A DNA stretch of 63,836 bases from Candidatus Thorarchaeota archaeon (GTDB lineage Archaea > Asgardarchaeota > Thorarchaeia > Thorarchaeales > Thorarchaeaceae). The notes under the pieces are model-generated. The model made no database searches and was not told the origin of the DNA. It saw only the letters and a program-made list of their open reading frames with translations. Where the stretch lies: positions 1 to 63,836 of the forward strand of contig PRDI01000110.1 of the NCBI GenBank assembly GCA_003345595.1. Reading direction: 5' to 3'. Positions 48,201-57,082 of this stretch are shown here, one piece after another. A program made the position numbers and the translations under genes. How positions within the stretch are numbered: position 1 is the first letter of the stretch; each line of letters opens with the position of its first letter.

Positions 48201-50878
48201 TCTCTGCCTCCTCCAAGATACCCACATCCGTTCATCACGGCCCAGGTCCCGTCTACTTCGCTCCGCTCCTTCTCGAGGAGCAGGGGGACGATGATCCACT
48301 TCCAATCCTGCGCCACCTTCTCCATACCATGGTAGCGGACTGTCTCATCCAGCCAAGCCTCGTCGTCAGGATTCACGTCGAAGAGCATCGAGTCATGGAT
48401 CTCCATGATCGGCAAGATGTCCTTCTTCTCGTCGACGATCCTCTGCGACACCTCGGACAAGGTCTTGAGCTTGACGTGTGAGGCTGGGCCCTGAACCGGG
48501 TAGTTCACGACTTGCATGAACGACATCGGCCCGTAGCAGCGGAACCCGGTGACTTGCTCAATATACCCCTTCTTTTCGTAGGACTTGAACAAATCACGGC
48601 GGTTCTTGTCGTAGATGGGGTAGCGCACACCCCAATAGTCCTTCTCGTAGGCAATCATCCTCTTAGTAAAGCCTTCGAGGTCCTTGATGCCAATGTGTAC
48701 CCTGAGATGACGCTTGATGTCGTCTGGGAGCTGCTCCCACATCCCTGCCGCAGCTGACTTACCAGACGAGCCGTAGACTGAAGGGAAGACGAAGCCGTTC
48801 TTGGACGCCTGCCGCACCTGCTTGGCGATCTTCTTCTCGATCCCCTCCCAAGGCATCCCATACTCGTCAGTCAGGTACAGAATCTCGATCGCTGTATCGC
48901 GGTGCATGTCCTTCGACGTGTCCCGGCAATAGGAGAGCCAGTTGGGGTCCCGGAAGACGCAGCCCGCGATCGAGACCTCCAGAGCCTTGTAGTCATACTC
49001 GATGATCCGATGACCCGGCCGCGGACGGATGATCGAGCGGATCAAGTTCTTGACCTGCTCGTCTCGCTTTGGCACGTTCTGGAGGTTGGGGTCGAAGGAG
49101 GAGGAGCGGAAGGTATCCACGTTGCCCAGACCAAAGTTGGCATGGAGCAGGCCATTCATCACCTCCCGCTCGTACTGACCCAGGTAGGTCGTCAAGACCT
49201 TCGACCAATGGCGGTAGTCGACAATATCATGAACCATCGGAATATCCGCGTCGATCTTCTCCAGAGCTTCCTCGTCAGTACTGGCCTTGTCCAACCCAGT
49301 CTTCTTCTTGACCTCGATGCCCATGATGTCGTACAGGAGGTGGGAGAGTTGGGGGCCTGACTTGAAGTTGAACGCCGTCAGGCCATCCCACTTCTTGACC
49401 TCGGGACTGGAGTCGATTCGGTCCTTGATGCACTCGAGGCGCCTGGTGATCTTGGTCTTCACCGACTTGAGTTCGTCCATGTCGACGCAGACGCCATTCT
49501 GCTGCATCCGTGCCAAGCTGCCCACGGACTCGAAGAAGAAAGCTGCGCCACGGCCGGTGTGGGGATCTTTCTTGAACGTCTCGTACTGATCGAGGAAGAT
49601 CTTGTAGGTGAAAAAGGAATCTTCGGCACCATACCGTAGGAGCTTCTTCTGGTCAGCCTCGTCAATCCGGTTGAATGAGTTGCAGGAGTCGTTGTCCTCT
49701 CCCTGCTTCTTGGTCTCGATGTAGTAGTCAACGTCCTGGTCGTATCCCAGGACGCCGAACTTCGTGTAGACGAGGAACTTCAATCCGCACGACCGCTTGT
49801 TGTCGATGATGTGCGCGCCGAGCATAGTGTCCCAGCGGCACTTCATGTCCAACTTCGTGCCCAGGATCTCCATCGACCACATCTCCTCGAAGGACATGTG
49901 GTGCGCGATGACCCCAGTATGATTCTCGTCGCACGACTGAAGGAGCTTGGCCCACCACTTCCCCGTCTCCATGGTGTTCTTGAACGCTCGGGTCTTGACC
50001 CCATCGCAGAAGGAGACCACTCGAATCCCGTGTCCCGCCCTGTGGGGCTTCAGGCCAGTGGTCTCGTAGTCGAAGGTGAGCCATCGGGGCTGCTCGGCCA
50101 TCTCGGCCTTGATCCACTCGATTGCTGTCGCCTCGTCGTCTGTCGTCTGGATATCGCCATAGTCGAGGGTGGGCACGGGCTCATCGGCCAAGTCGATAAT
50201 ACGCTGGAGCTGTCGCCGGTACATCGCGGCGAGGACTTTGTCCTCCTGCTCCTCCCGATCTCTCCTGCCTTCATTCTGGAGGCGGAGGAGGTAGGAGGGG
50301 TGGTAGAGCGGGCAGATCCATCGCCCGGTTTCTTGGTCGGGGATTGTCATTCCCACCCAACTACTATACGGCACATTTTTAATTCTGCCTACCAGCCTAG
50401 GCCCCAGGTAGGAGTCGAAGGCCGGCTGGCCAATCAAGACAACGACTTTCGGCTGGTAGACCTCGATCGTGTTCAGGAGGTTTTCTCGGCAGATCCGAAG
50501 CTCCTTGGGCGTCGGCGTGCGGTTGTCCGGCGGCCGGCAGATCACTGCGTTTGTCTTCCAGAAGTCACGATCCAGGTCAGCCCCGAGGTCTTCTAGTGCT
50601 GTCCTCAGGTAGTGGCCCGACTTGCCGATCAGCTGGATCCCCTCCTCATCTTCTGTCTTCCCCGGAGCTTCTGCGACGATAAGGATGCCTTTCTCGCCTT
50701 TGCCCGTTGGGGGCATCTTTGGCGACTGGCAGGTCTTGTACAACCCGCAATCCTCGCAGGTCTCATTCTCCTTCTTGGTCAGGTTGGAGGACCTGCGAGG
50801 GGGGCCGGAACGAGAAGAACTCGGCCTGGAGGTCTTGGTCACTTCCAGGCCGAGCTGCTCGAAGAAGCCTTGTTTCAT
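48197..50878 (-). CDS. polA: Family A DNA polymerase with N-terminal family-4 UDG-like domain and 3'-5' exonuclease
   Basis: CEDC..AEAPG..CRPP..HPSYLLR; FDYETTG; PNLQNVP, DYKALE, RQASKNGFVFPSVYG, EIHDS. Confidence 0.92.
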   Translation of the reverse strand: MKQGFFEQLGLEVTKTSRPSSSRSGPPRRSSNLTKKENETCEDCGLYKTCQSPKMPPTGKGEKGILIVAEAPGKTEDEEGIQLIGKSGHYLRTALEDLGADLDRDFWKTNAVICRPPDNRTPTPKELRICRENLLNTIEVYQPKVVVLIGQPAFDSYLGPRLVGRIKNVPYSSWVGMTIPDQETGRWICPLYHPSYLLRLQNEGRRDREEQEDKVLAAMYRRQLQRIIDLADEPVPTLDYGDIQTTDDEATAIEWIKAEMAEQPRWLTFDYETTGLKPHRAGHGIRVVSFCDGVKTRAFKNTMETGKWWAKLLQSCDENHTGVIAHHMSFEEMWSMEILGTKLDMKCRWDTMLGAHIIDNKRSCGLKFLVYTKFGVLGYDQDVDYYIETKKQGEDNDSCNSFNRIDEADQKKLLRYGAEDSFFTYKIFLDQYETFKKDPHTGRGAAFFFESVGSLARMQQNGVCVDMDELKSVKTKITRRLECIKDRIDSSPEVKKWDGLTAFNFKSGPQLSHLLYDIMGIEVKKKTGLDKASTDEEALEKIDADIPMVHDIVDYRHWSKVLTTYLGQYEREVMNGLLHANFGLGNVDTFRSSSFDPNLQNVPKRDEQVKNLIRSIIRPRPGHRIIEYDYKALEVSIAGCVFRDPNWLSYCRDTSKDMHRDTAIEILYLTDEYGMPWEGIEKKIAKQVRQASKNGFVFPSVYGSSGKSAAAGMWEQLPDDIKRHLRVHIGIKDLEGFTKRMIAYEKDYWGVRYPIYDKNRRDLFKSYEKKGYIEQVTGFRCYGPMSFMQVVNYPVQGPASHVKLKTLSEVSQRIVDEKKDILPIMEIHDSMLFDVNPDDEAWLDETVRYHGMEKVAQDWKWIIVPLLLEKERSEVDGTWAVMNGCGYLGGGRE

Positions 50879-51927
50879 TCCTTGCCCTCGGTGTACGCGG
50901 CCAGGAAACACTTGCAGTTATCGCCGATGAAGACGAGGCGCTTCAGACCCTCGGTCGACTTGATGGCGAAGGTCCTCGACTTCTCGAGCGCATACAAGGC
51001 GGCGGACGACTCGAGAAACACCGTGATCGGCTGATCGAGGCCAGCAGGTATCTCCTCCCAATCGAGCTTCTCGTCGTACTTTCCAGTCGCACGCTCGGAC
51101 GACGCTTCGATGAACTCCTTGTCGAAGACCATCTTGATAACCGCCAGGCCAGACATCTCGGAGGAGAGGACCGACGCGCGGCCAATCATCGACTTGAAGC
51201 TCGTAGGCAGCTTGCCCTTCGGGTCTTCCTCGGTGGGAGTGATCTGCTCGATCATCGCCGTGATCTTGTCAAGCGGGTAATCAACGTCCATCTTCCTTCG
51301 CCCAGAGACAATAGTTCCATCGCCGAGCTTGACGAACACTCGCTGGTCGGACTGGGCCAGCTGGACAAAGTCCTGGAACTTGAGGAGCTCGGTGACGACC
51401 TTCTCCTCGAGGAGGAAATCGCCGGCCGTCTCCTTCATCTCGAAGTAGTTTACCCTCTTGGAATCGACCGAGAGAGCAAGCTTCCCCTTCACCCTGACGC
51501 CTTCGAGATTGTACTCGCGGACGCCGAGGAGGCAGAAGGAGAGGGCGTCGCGGAAGTCGTCAGGCATCGGGTACCAGACGAGCGACTCGAGGGCCATGTT
51601 ATCGACCTGCTTGAGGACGGACTCTTCGAGAAAGGTGAATAGAGCCTTAGACCGACCACTACAAACCTCCAGCCCGTTGTCGAGGACATTGATATCAACT
51701 TTCTCCATCGTGTACTTGGACAAGAGGGAAAAGAACTCAGTGGCCCGGATCGACCCCTTGAGAAACTTGAACTCGTCCCCCAGGTGGATCGACAAGGCGA
51801 CGAAGTCCTTGAAGGTGTGGACATAGCCGTCCTTGAAGGAGAAAGCATTATTCAAAAACTCTCCTTTCTCCGAGCCCACGATCGCGTTCTGAAGCGATTG
51901 AAGTAGCCGCTCCCTATTCACTTCCAT
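50875..51927 (-). CDS. Sliding clamp (beta-clamp-like)
   Basis: 350 aa, MEVNRERLLQSL start, DSKR, DYP; adjacent to the polymerase with a DnaX-like loader nearby. Confidence 0.65.
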   Translation of the reverse strand: MEVNRERLLQSLQNAIVGSEKGEFLNNAFSFKDGYVHTFKDFVALSIHLGDEFKFLKGSIRATEFFSLLSKYTMEKVDINVLDNGLEVCSGRSKALFTFLEESVLKQVDNMALESLVWYPMPDDFRDALSFCLLGVREYNLEGVRVKGKLALSVDSKRVNYFEMKETAGDFLLEEKVVTELLKFQDFVQLAQSDQRVFVKLGDGTIVSGRRKMDVDYPLDKITAMIEQITPTEEDPKGKLPTSFKSMIGRASVLSSEMSGLAVIKMVFDKEFIEASSERATGKYDEKLDWEEIPAGLDQPITVFLESSAALYALEKSRTFAIKSTEGLKRLVFIGDNCKCFLAAYTEGKE

Positions 51928-52099
51928 TGTTCACTCCTTGTTCTTGTACTGCTTTGTACTCGTGGACCTTCTTCAAGAAGTCCCTGAGGTCTTTTTGGTA
52001 ATAGTAAGACCTGAGGACATGAAGCTCCTGGATGTCTTTGATCGGCTCCAAGTACTCTGGCTTCAAGTTGTAGAACCCTGCATAGTAGACACGCATCAC
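51914..52099 (-). CDS. Small protein resembling the N-terminal strands of DpdA-like proteins
   Basis: MRVYYAG...HVLRSYYY. Confidence 0.5.
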   Translation of the reverse strand: MMRVYYAGFYNLKPEYLEPIKDIQELHVLRSYYYQKDLRDFLKKVHEYKAVQEQGVNNGSE

Positions 52100-52395
52100 T
52101 TCTCCTTGATCTCGTAGTAAGCACCCTCGACCGTGATGTCTAGAGGTACTCCGTTTCGGATGGCGAGGAGTTTGATGTTCCCTTTCTGCTCCTTCAAAAA
52201 CTCGTTCGCAGCCTCCATGTCAGCCGGGCGAGGAAAGTCCGTCCGAGCGAGAGTCGCCTCAATACCACCGAAACCATTGTCCTTGAGGGCGAGGTCCATC
52301 CTTGTCAGAATCGCATCCACCACTTCCTCGCCTAAGCCAGTGTTAAGTTCGACGTCGCGATAGAAGTCGCGGCACTGTTCGCTTCGATAGACCAT
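52096..52395 (-). CDS. Hypothetical protein
   Basis: GGAGGGAG RBS; packed in the operon. Confidence 0.6.
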   Translation of the reverse strand: MVYRSEQCRDFYRDVELNTGLGEEVVDAILTRMDLALKDNGFGGIEATLARTDFPRPADMEAANEFLKEQKGNIKLLAIRNGVPLDITVEGAYYEIKEK

Positions 52396-52405
52396 TCTCT
52401 CCCTC

Positions 52406-53284
52406 CTATGTAAAGTTGAAGCCTTGAACCAGAAGCTCCTTACCCTTGTACCGGCGGTGCGGGAAGGGGTCGATCCGGGCTAGGAAGTCCTCGAAGAACA
52501 TGATGTTCAGGAGCTCCCGCTGCTTGTGCGAGTTGACAAGTCCCTCCTCAATAATCTTCTCCTTGCCATCTTCCATGACAGACTTGCCCATCTTAAAGCC
52601 CTTGGAAGCGATGTACTCGTAGACCTTGTCCTTCTCCTGGGTGGAGAGGAAGTCAAACCTCCGCATGACGATCTCCCTCGTCGAGCCGCGGACCGTGATC
52701 TTCGTCGCCAAGGGCGTGCGACTGTAGATGAACTCCCCCTTCATGTTCCAGGCGGGTACGAAGATACCGCCATACCCAGCGCAGAGGCGCCAAGTCAAGG
52801 AATCCACTGAGAACCAAGGGTAGCGGTACATGAAACCGACGCCCGTGACAGCAAACCCATGAGTCTTGACCAAAGGATAGCCACAGTCGTCAGTCGTGTA
52901 CATCATACACTCGTCCAGCCACCGCTTCTTGCTCGGCTGAGTAGAATCGTTGGCGGGGGAAAGGCCAATGTAAGGGATCTCCTTGACCATCTTTTTCAAC
53001 CACTTCCAGTCCTCGTGCTGATGGAAAACGTGGATCAGACGGTCTTTCTCAATCCCCTTAGACAGCATGTACTCGTAGTTCGCATACCCCTTCGCCGCTG
53101 AGGCCTCGATCTCCTCGCGCGTCGGCTTCCGTCCCCACTCGCCAGGAATGCAGTCGAGATTAACGTAGTACTCGAAGTCATCCTTGTGCTCCTTGATGAA
53201 CGCGATGTAAGCGTCCAAATCGACTGACGAGTGCTTCGTCCACGCGGAGAATGCTCCCGAATCCAGAAGCATACTTAGCTGCAT
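52406..53284 (-). CDS. dpdA: DpdA-like 7-deazaguanine DNA transglycosylase (TGT fold)
   Basis: LLDSGAFSAW, NLDCIPG, HVFH, KTHGFAVT, YPWFSVDS; located in the que cluster. Confidence 0.8.
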   Translation of the reverse strand: MQLSMLLDSGAFSAWTKHSSVDLDAYIAFIKEHKDDFEYYVNLDCIPGEWGRKPTREEIEASAAKGYANYEYMLSKGIEKDRLIHVFHQHEDWKWLKKMVKEIPYIGLSPANDSTQPSKKRWLDECMMYTTDDCGYPLVKTHGFAVTGVGFMYRYPWFSVDSLTWRLCAGYGGIFVPAWNMKGEFIYSRTPLATKITVRGSTREIVMRRFDFLSTQEKDKVYEYIASKGFKMGKSVMEDGKEKIIEEGLVNSHKQRELLNIMFFEDFLARIDPFPHRRYKGKELLVQGFNFT

Positions 53285-53465
53285 GTACTCTCCTTCTTTC
53301 CTTCTACTACGCTCTTCGGGATGAACTTTCCAATTCGTCCGACCAGCTCCTGGCGCAGATCCTCAGCGGATCCAGGGCCGATGATGAGCATAGGCTCCTT
53401 TACTCCGCACTTTACTGCGCTCATCTATGCCAGGTTGATCCGGTCGAGCATCAGCATGGATAACA

Positions 53466-53915
53466 TCATATCTCATCCGTCCCGATGTCGACAGTCGTCA
53501 TGATCCCCCCTCGGACAGCGACATCCAGGATGACACGCAGAAGCTGCGGATTCACCTGCGCGTTGAACTGGTCGTAGATCCTCGACGCCAGATGCTCGTG
53601 GGAGATGGGGAGCTCTGCGTAGTCAAGGAAGTAATACTTCAGCGACTTGAGCTCTGGAATCTTCTCCCCGGGGACGTAGCGAATCTTGATCTTGTAGACG
53701 TCAGGGAGGAAGGTCACAGGGCAGAGGCCTATGAGCTCTGCCGATGCGTATTCCACGACCTCAGGCTTACCAAGATAGGGGATAAGTGTAAGCTTCTCGT
53801 GTGGGAGCTCGACCTCCATCGCGCCCTGGATCCTCTTCCTGAACTCATCCTCGCCAGCTGACTCCATCTTGGCCAGCGGGACCCATTTCTTGATCTCATC
53901 GAGTGTGGTCTTCAT
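53466..53915 (-). CDS. queF: preQ0 nitrile reductase
   Basis: LCPVT..PD, QueF motif ELKSLKYY, SHE, RGG. Confidence 0.85.
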   Translation of the reverse strand: MKTTLDEIKKWVPLAKMESAGEDEFRKRIQGAMEVELPHEKLTLIPYLGKPEVVEYASAELIGLCPVTFLPDVYKIKIRYVPGEKIPELKSLKYYFLDYAELPISHEHLASRIYDQFNAQVNPQLLRVILDVAVRGGIMTTVDIGTDEI

Positions 53916-54567
53916 CTACTTGCTCCTTGTTCTTACTGACTTTCGGAATAGAAAACACCTTTAATCCAACATGATCACAACAAATAGTTGTGTCTACATA
54001 CACATGCTCCTTCAAAGATCTCCACTTATTACACACGGCAAGATCTTCTCCCACTAATTCACCCTTGTCGTCGATAGTAACTTCGTACACCATTCGTGAC
54101 ACCTCAAGTCCGTTTTTGTATGGACTTGACATATTCCACAACTTGTTCAGCGCGAAAGACGTGAGTCGAACCATACCCCCCACACCATCTACCTCCAACA
54201 AACCTGATTCTTGGGGGATAGCATTTTCGTGGGCGTAAATTGTTAGTACTACTTCATCAATTTTCTGTCGACAAAGAGCTCCAACAAAATGGACGTCATG
54301 TGCCATCAACCGCCAGAAATCAGCAGGAGCCCACCCCATGTCAGAATCGATCATGACCAAATCGTCCACCTGTGCACGCATTGCTAAACTAAACAAGTAG
54401 TTCCGCGCGCGCTGAACCAACGCATCCCCAGGGACGAAAACAGGAAACACATAAGTGTCCACAGGACTTGTCCTGATCGTATTGATTAACGCGTCGACAT
54501 ATCGAACATCAAGACGTCCGTCATATGTGGGAGTTCCGATCATAACCTTTCTCGTAAGTTTCTCCAT
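53896..54567 (-). CDS. GT-A fold glycosyltransferase
   Basis: MIGTPTY, VQRARN, MIDSDM (DxD), GEDLAVC, DHVG; true start MEKLTRK after GGAG. Confidence 0.75.
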   Translation of the reverse strand: MEKLTRKVMIGTPTYDGRLDVRYVDALINTIRTSPVDTYVFPVFVPGDALVQRARNYLFSLAMRAQVDDLVMIDSDMGWAPADFWRLMAHDVHFVGALCRQKIDEVVLTIYAHENAIPQESGLLEVDGVGGMVRLTSFALNKLWNMSSPYKNGLEVSRMVYEVTIDDKGELVGEDLAVCNKWRSLKEHVYVDTTICCDHVGLKVFSIPKVSKNKEQVDEDHTR

Positions 54568-54572
54568 GAAAT

Positions 54573-54872
54573 CTACTCCTTCTTCTTTGCCAGGACGGCA
54601 AGGTTGACATCGCCACAGTAGCAGTCGTTGCAGAGGAAGATCTCCACACCAAGCTCGGCGTGCTCCTTGTCGTCCATGGCTACCGAAACTACGTCCGGCT
54701 TCGAGGTCATCACCTCCGCCAGACCCAGGTGACCACCGAACATCTGGCTGAGGCCCAGCGTCTCCCTCGCTGCCTGCTGACTGACGACAGCGGGCGAATA
54801 TCTGACGACGTGGAAGATCGGATTGATCGGTCCCCCACACTTGTCGCACGGACGCAATTCTGACAGCTTCAT
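54573..54872 (-). CDS. Small Cys-motif protein
   Basis: CDKCGG...LCNDCYC; ATGA overlap with the queC stop. Confidence 0.6.
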   Translation of the reverse strand: MKLSELRPCDKCGGPINPIFHVVRYSPAVVSQQAARETLGLSQMFGGHLGLAEVMTSKPDVVSVAMDDKEHAELGVEIFLCNDCYCGDVNLAVLAKKKE

Positions 54873-55519
54873 AGCCAAGCCTCGTAAACCGTGTTGTCGA
54901 AGCCCGCAAGAGCCTCCCTTCGTTCAGTGCATGCACCACACTTGCCGCAATGGCGAACGCGACCCTTATAGCAAGTCCAAGTATCATTCCCGTAATCAAT
55001 ACCCAGATCATGGCCGATGAGGCCGATATCACGCTTGGTCTTGTATGTATAAGGGGCCTCAAGGACAATCCTTGCGTAGGTCCCATACTTCATCGCGTTA
55101 GCCATCGGCTCGATAAACGTGTCCCGGCAGTCCGGGTAGATAGCATGGTCACCAGCGTGGTTGGCGATCAGGACGGACTTGCACCCGCAGGACTCCGCGA
55201 TGCCACAGGCGATCGAGAGCATAATCCCATTCCTGAACGGGACGACAGTGAGCTTCTGGTTCTCGTCCTCATAATGCCCTTCGGGAATGTCACCACCCCC
55301 ATAAAGCAAGTTGGACTTGAGATCAGGAAGGAGGCTGGACAGGTCGATAAGCGACCAGCTTATTCCCAGCTTCTCACAGTTGCACCGCGCGAAGTCGAGC
55401 TCCTTCTTGTGCTTCTGCCCATACCAGAAGGACAGTGCTCGCTTAATGTTGTCCTTCTGCTCGTAGAGGAGAGTGATCGAATCCATGCCCCCACTCGTCA
55501 CGATAAGCTTATCTCGCAT
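54869..55519 (-). CDS. queC: 7-cyano-7-deazaguanine synthase
   Basis: SGGMDS, YGQKH, VPFRN, YPDCR, CY..CGKCGAC. Confidence 0.95.
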   Translation of the reverse strand: MRDKLIVTSGGMDSITLLYEQKDNIKRALSFWYGQKHKKELDFARCNCEKLGISWSLIDLSSLLPDLKSNLLYGGGDIPEGHYEDENQKLTVVPFRNGIMLSIACGIAESCGCKSVLIANHAGDHAIYPDCRDTFIEPMANAMKYGTYARIVLEAPYTYKTKRDIGLIGHDLGIDYGNDTWTCYKGRVRHCGKCGACTERREALAGFDNTVYEAWL

Positions 55520-55572
55520 TTCTTCCTCCTAGTAATAAGGGCCAGGAATTCTTCCCAGACCGTTTCTTCCTC

Positions 55573-55603
55573 GTTTCAATCCACGTTCTCATCTGAGAAC
55601 GAC
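55573..55603 (-). CRISPR. Solitary type I-C-like CRISPR repeat unit (no array)
   Basis: GTCGTTCTCAGATGAGAACGTGGATTGAAAC: GTCG start, 7-bp stem, TGGATTGAAAC end. Confidence 0.65.
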
Positions 55604-56304
55604 TAGCCCTTCGTCAAAGACAAGAACTCCGCTTGAACTTCTGGTTCCTCGAAGCAGCCCCGGATTGCCGAGGTCACTGTCTTGGCTTGAACCTGCTTAG
55701 CACCCCGCATCTTCATGCAGTAGTGCGTTCCCTCGACCCAGACGCCTACACCCAAGGCCTCGACGCCTTTGAAGAGTTCCTCTGCAATCTCCTCAGTAAA
55801 GGTCTCCTGAAGGACTGGACGCTTGGCCAAGACCTCAGCCAGGCGGGACAGCTTCGAGATCCCTAGGACCTTCCCGTTCGAGATGTAGGCGACAGTGATG
55901 TCGTACTCGACGGGCAAGAAGTGGTGAGGACACATCGAGAAGGCCTTGACGTCCTTCACGACGATCATCTCCTTCACCTCAGCAGGGAAGGAGGTTCCGA
56001 GGATCCGCTGAACCTGCTTGTCCGTGTCCTTCACGCCGCGGAAGATCTCCGCGTACGCCCTGGCCACTCTCCTCGGCGTGTCCTTAAAATTGACGTCCTC
56101 CAGGTCCAGGCCGAAGGCATCATGGAGACCTTCGAGGATCGTCGTCATCCCTTTCTCGATCTTCGCCACGCCTACGAACTCCGACTGGAGGGACTGCTTG
56201 GCCGCGAGGTATCGCTCTTCGCACTTCACGCAGAGAGTCAAATCTCCTTCCTCGGAGTTGCCGCCAGTCAAGGCAGCTCCGCACCGCTGGCACCTCTCTT
56301 CCAT
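55603..56304 (-). CDS. folE: GTP cyclohydrolase I with N-terminal CxxC...CxxC extension
   Basis: DTPRRVARAY, SMCPHHFLP, GISKLSRL, LQE, HYCMKMRG; GGAGGAGG RBS. Confidence 0.93.
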   Translation of the reverse strand: MEERCQRCGAALTGGNSEEGDLTLCVKCEERYLAAKQSLQSEFVGVAKIEKGMTTILEGLHDAFGLDLEDVNFKDTPRRVARAYAEIFRGVKDTDKQVQRILGTSFPAEVKEMIVVKDVKAFSMCPHHFLPVEYDITVAYISNGKVLGISKLSRLAEVLAKRPVLQETFTEEIAEELFKGVEALGVGVWVEGTHYCMKMRGAKQVQAKTVTSAIRGCFEEPEVQAEFLSLTKG

Positions 56305-56324
56305 CACTGTACCTCCTCCATTTT

Positions 56325-56471
56325 TCATTCTCCGTGTCTCCCATATATTTTCCATCTCTTTAGTTGGGCAAGTCGCATATTTTCCCTAGTTTTCTCTGAA
56401 ATCTTGCACCCCACAACCTTTCTACACAACCACAAAACTCAGGAATATCCTGCCCAGTCCTCATACTTCAC
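56325..56471 (-). pseudogene. Possible homing endonuclease remnant (NUMOD3-like)
   Basis: ..EDWAGYS*VLWLCRK..GCKISEKTRENMRLAQLKRW, with an internal stop. Confidence 0.3.
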
Positions 56472-57082
56472 CTTACACCAATCAACTTGTGAATCTGAAG
56501 GGAGAGTCGCCAGCGCGGATCGGCCTTGATGTACTCGACCGTCGCCTCGACGTTGGAACCCTCCGGTGTGGAGCAGGGTTGGAGGAAGCGATGCTTGAAG
56601 TAGACCTTGTCTGAGGACTCTAGGTACTGCTCGAGTTCCTCCTTGGACTGACCGGTGTAGACGACCTTGATCTCATCGCCGATCTTCTGCTTCCACTCCG
56701 GTCCCTTGGGGCTGACTGTAAGCCAATCCACTTCCGAGGGATCGACCTCGAAGTCGCCGTTCGTCTCGAGATGAACCTCGTACCCCGCGGCCGCGAAAGC
56801 GAGGGAGAGATCGTGAAAACCTTCCAACTGTGTCATCGGCTCACCGCCAGTCACGACTACCCTTCGTGCCGATCCGAGACTCATCACCTTCTGGAGAATG
56901 TCCTTGACAGACATCGTGGAGAAGAAGTTGTGCTGGGTGTCGCAGAACGAGCAAAAACGATTGCATCCAGAGAAGCGAACGAACACCGCTGGGATCCCTG
57001 CCCAGTAACCCTCACCTTGCAAACTATAAAATATCTCTGAAATCTTCATCTTGATGCCAATACTAGTCTCGATCGGGTTCAT
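56468..57082 (-). CDS. queE: 7-carboxy-7-deazaguanine synthase (radical SAM)
   Basis: EIFYSLQGEG, CNRFCSFCDT, TGGEP, ETNG, VSPK, LQIHK. Confidence 0.95.
   Translation of the reverse strand: MNPIETSIGIKMKISEIFYSLQGEGYWAGIPAVFVRFSGCNRFCSFCDTQHNFFSTMSVKDILQKVMSLGSARRVVVTGGEPMTQLEGFHDLSLAFAAAGYEVHLETNGDFEVDPSEVDWLTVSPKGPEWKQKIGDEIKVVYTGQSKEELEQYLESSDKVYFKHRFLQPCSTPEGSNVEATVEYIKADPRWRLSLQIHKLIGVR

Noticed and set aside
53276-53469. Small frame with an internal TAG (also internal TGA at about 38155 and 56440) as evidence of stop-codon recoding
   Set aside because: Core genes end normally in TAG, TGA and TAA and are intact under code 11; these are more likely decayed mini-ORFs
53466-53915. QueF-like amidinotransferase (archaeosine, dG+) assignment
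   Set aside because: The ELKSLK motif of NADPH-dependent QueF is present, and no Gat-QueC or ArcS is seen
53896-55086. 396-aa version of the glycosyltransferase ORF
   Set aside because: The upstream part overlaps queC and the Cys protein; the RBS-supported start is 54567
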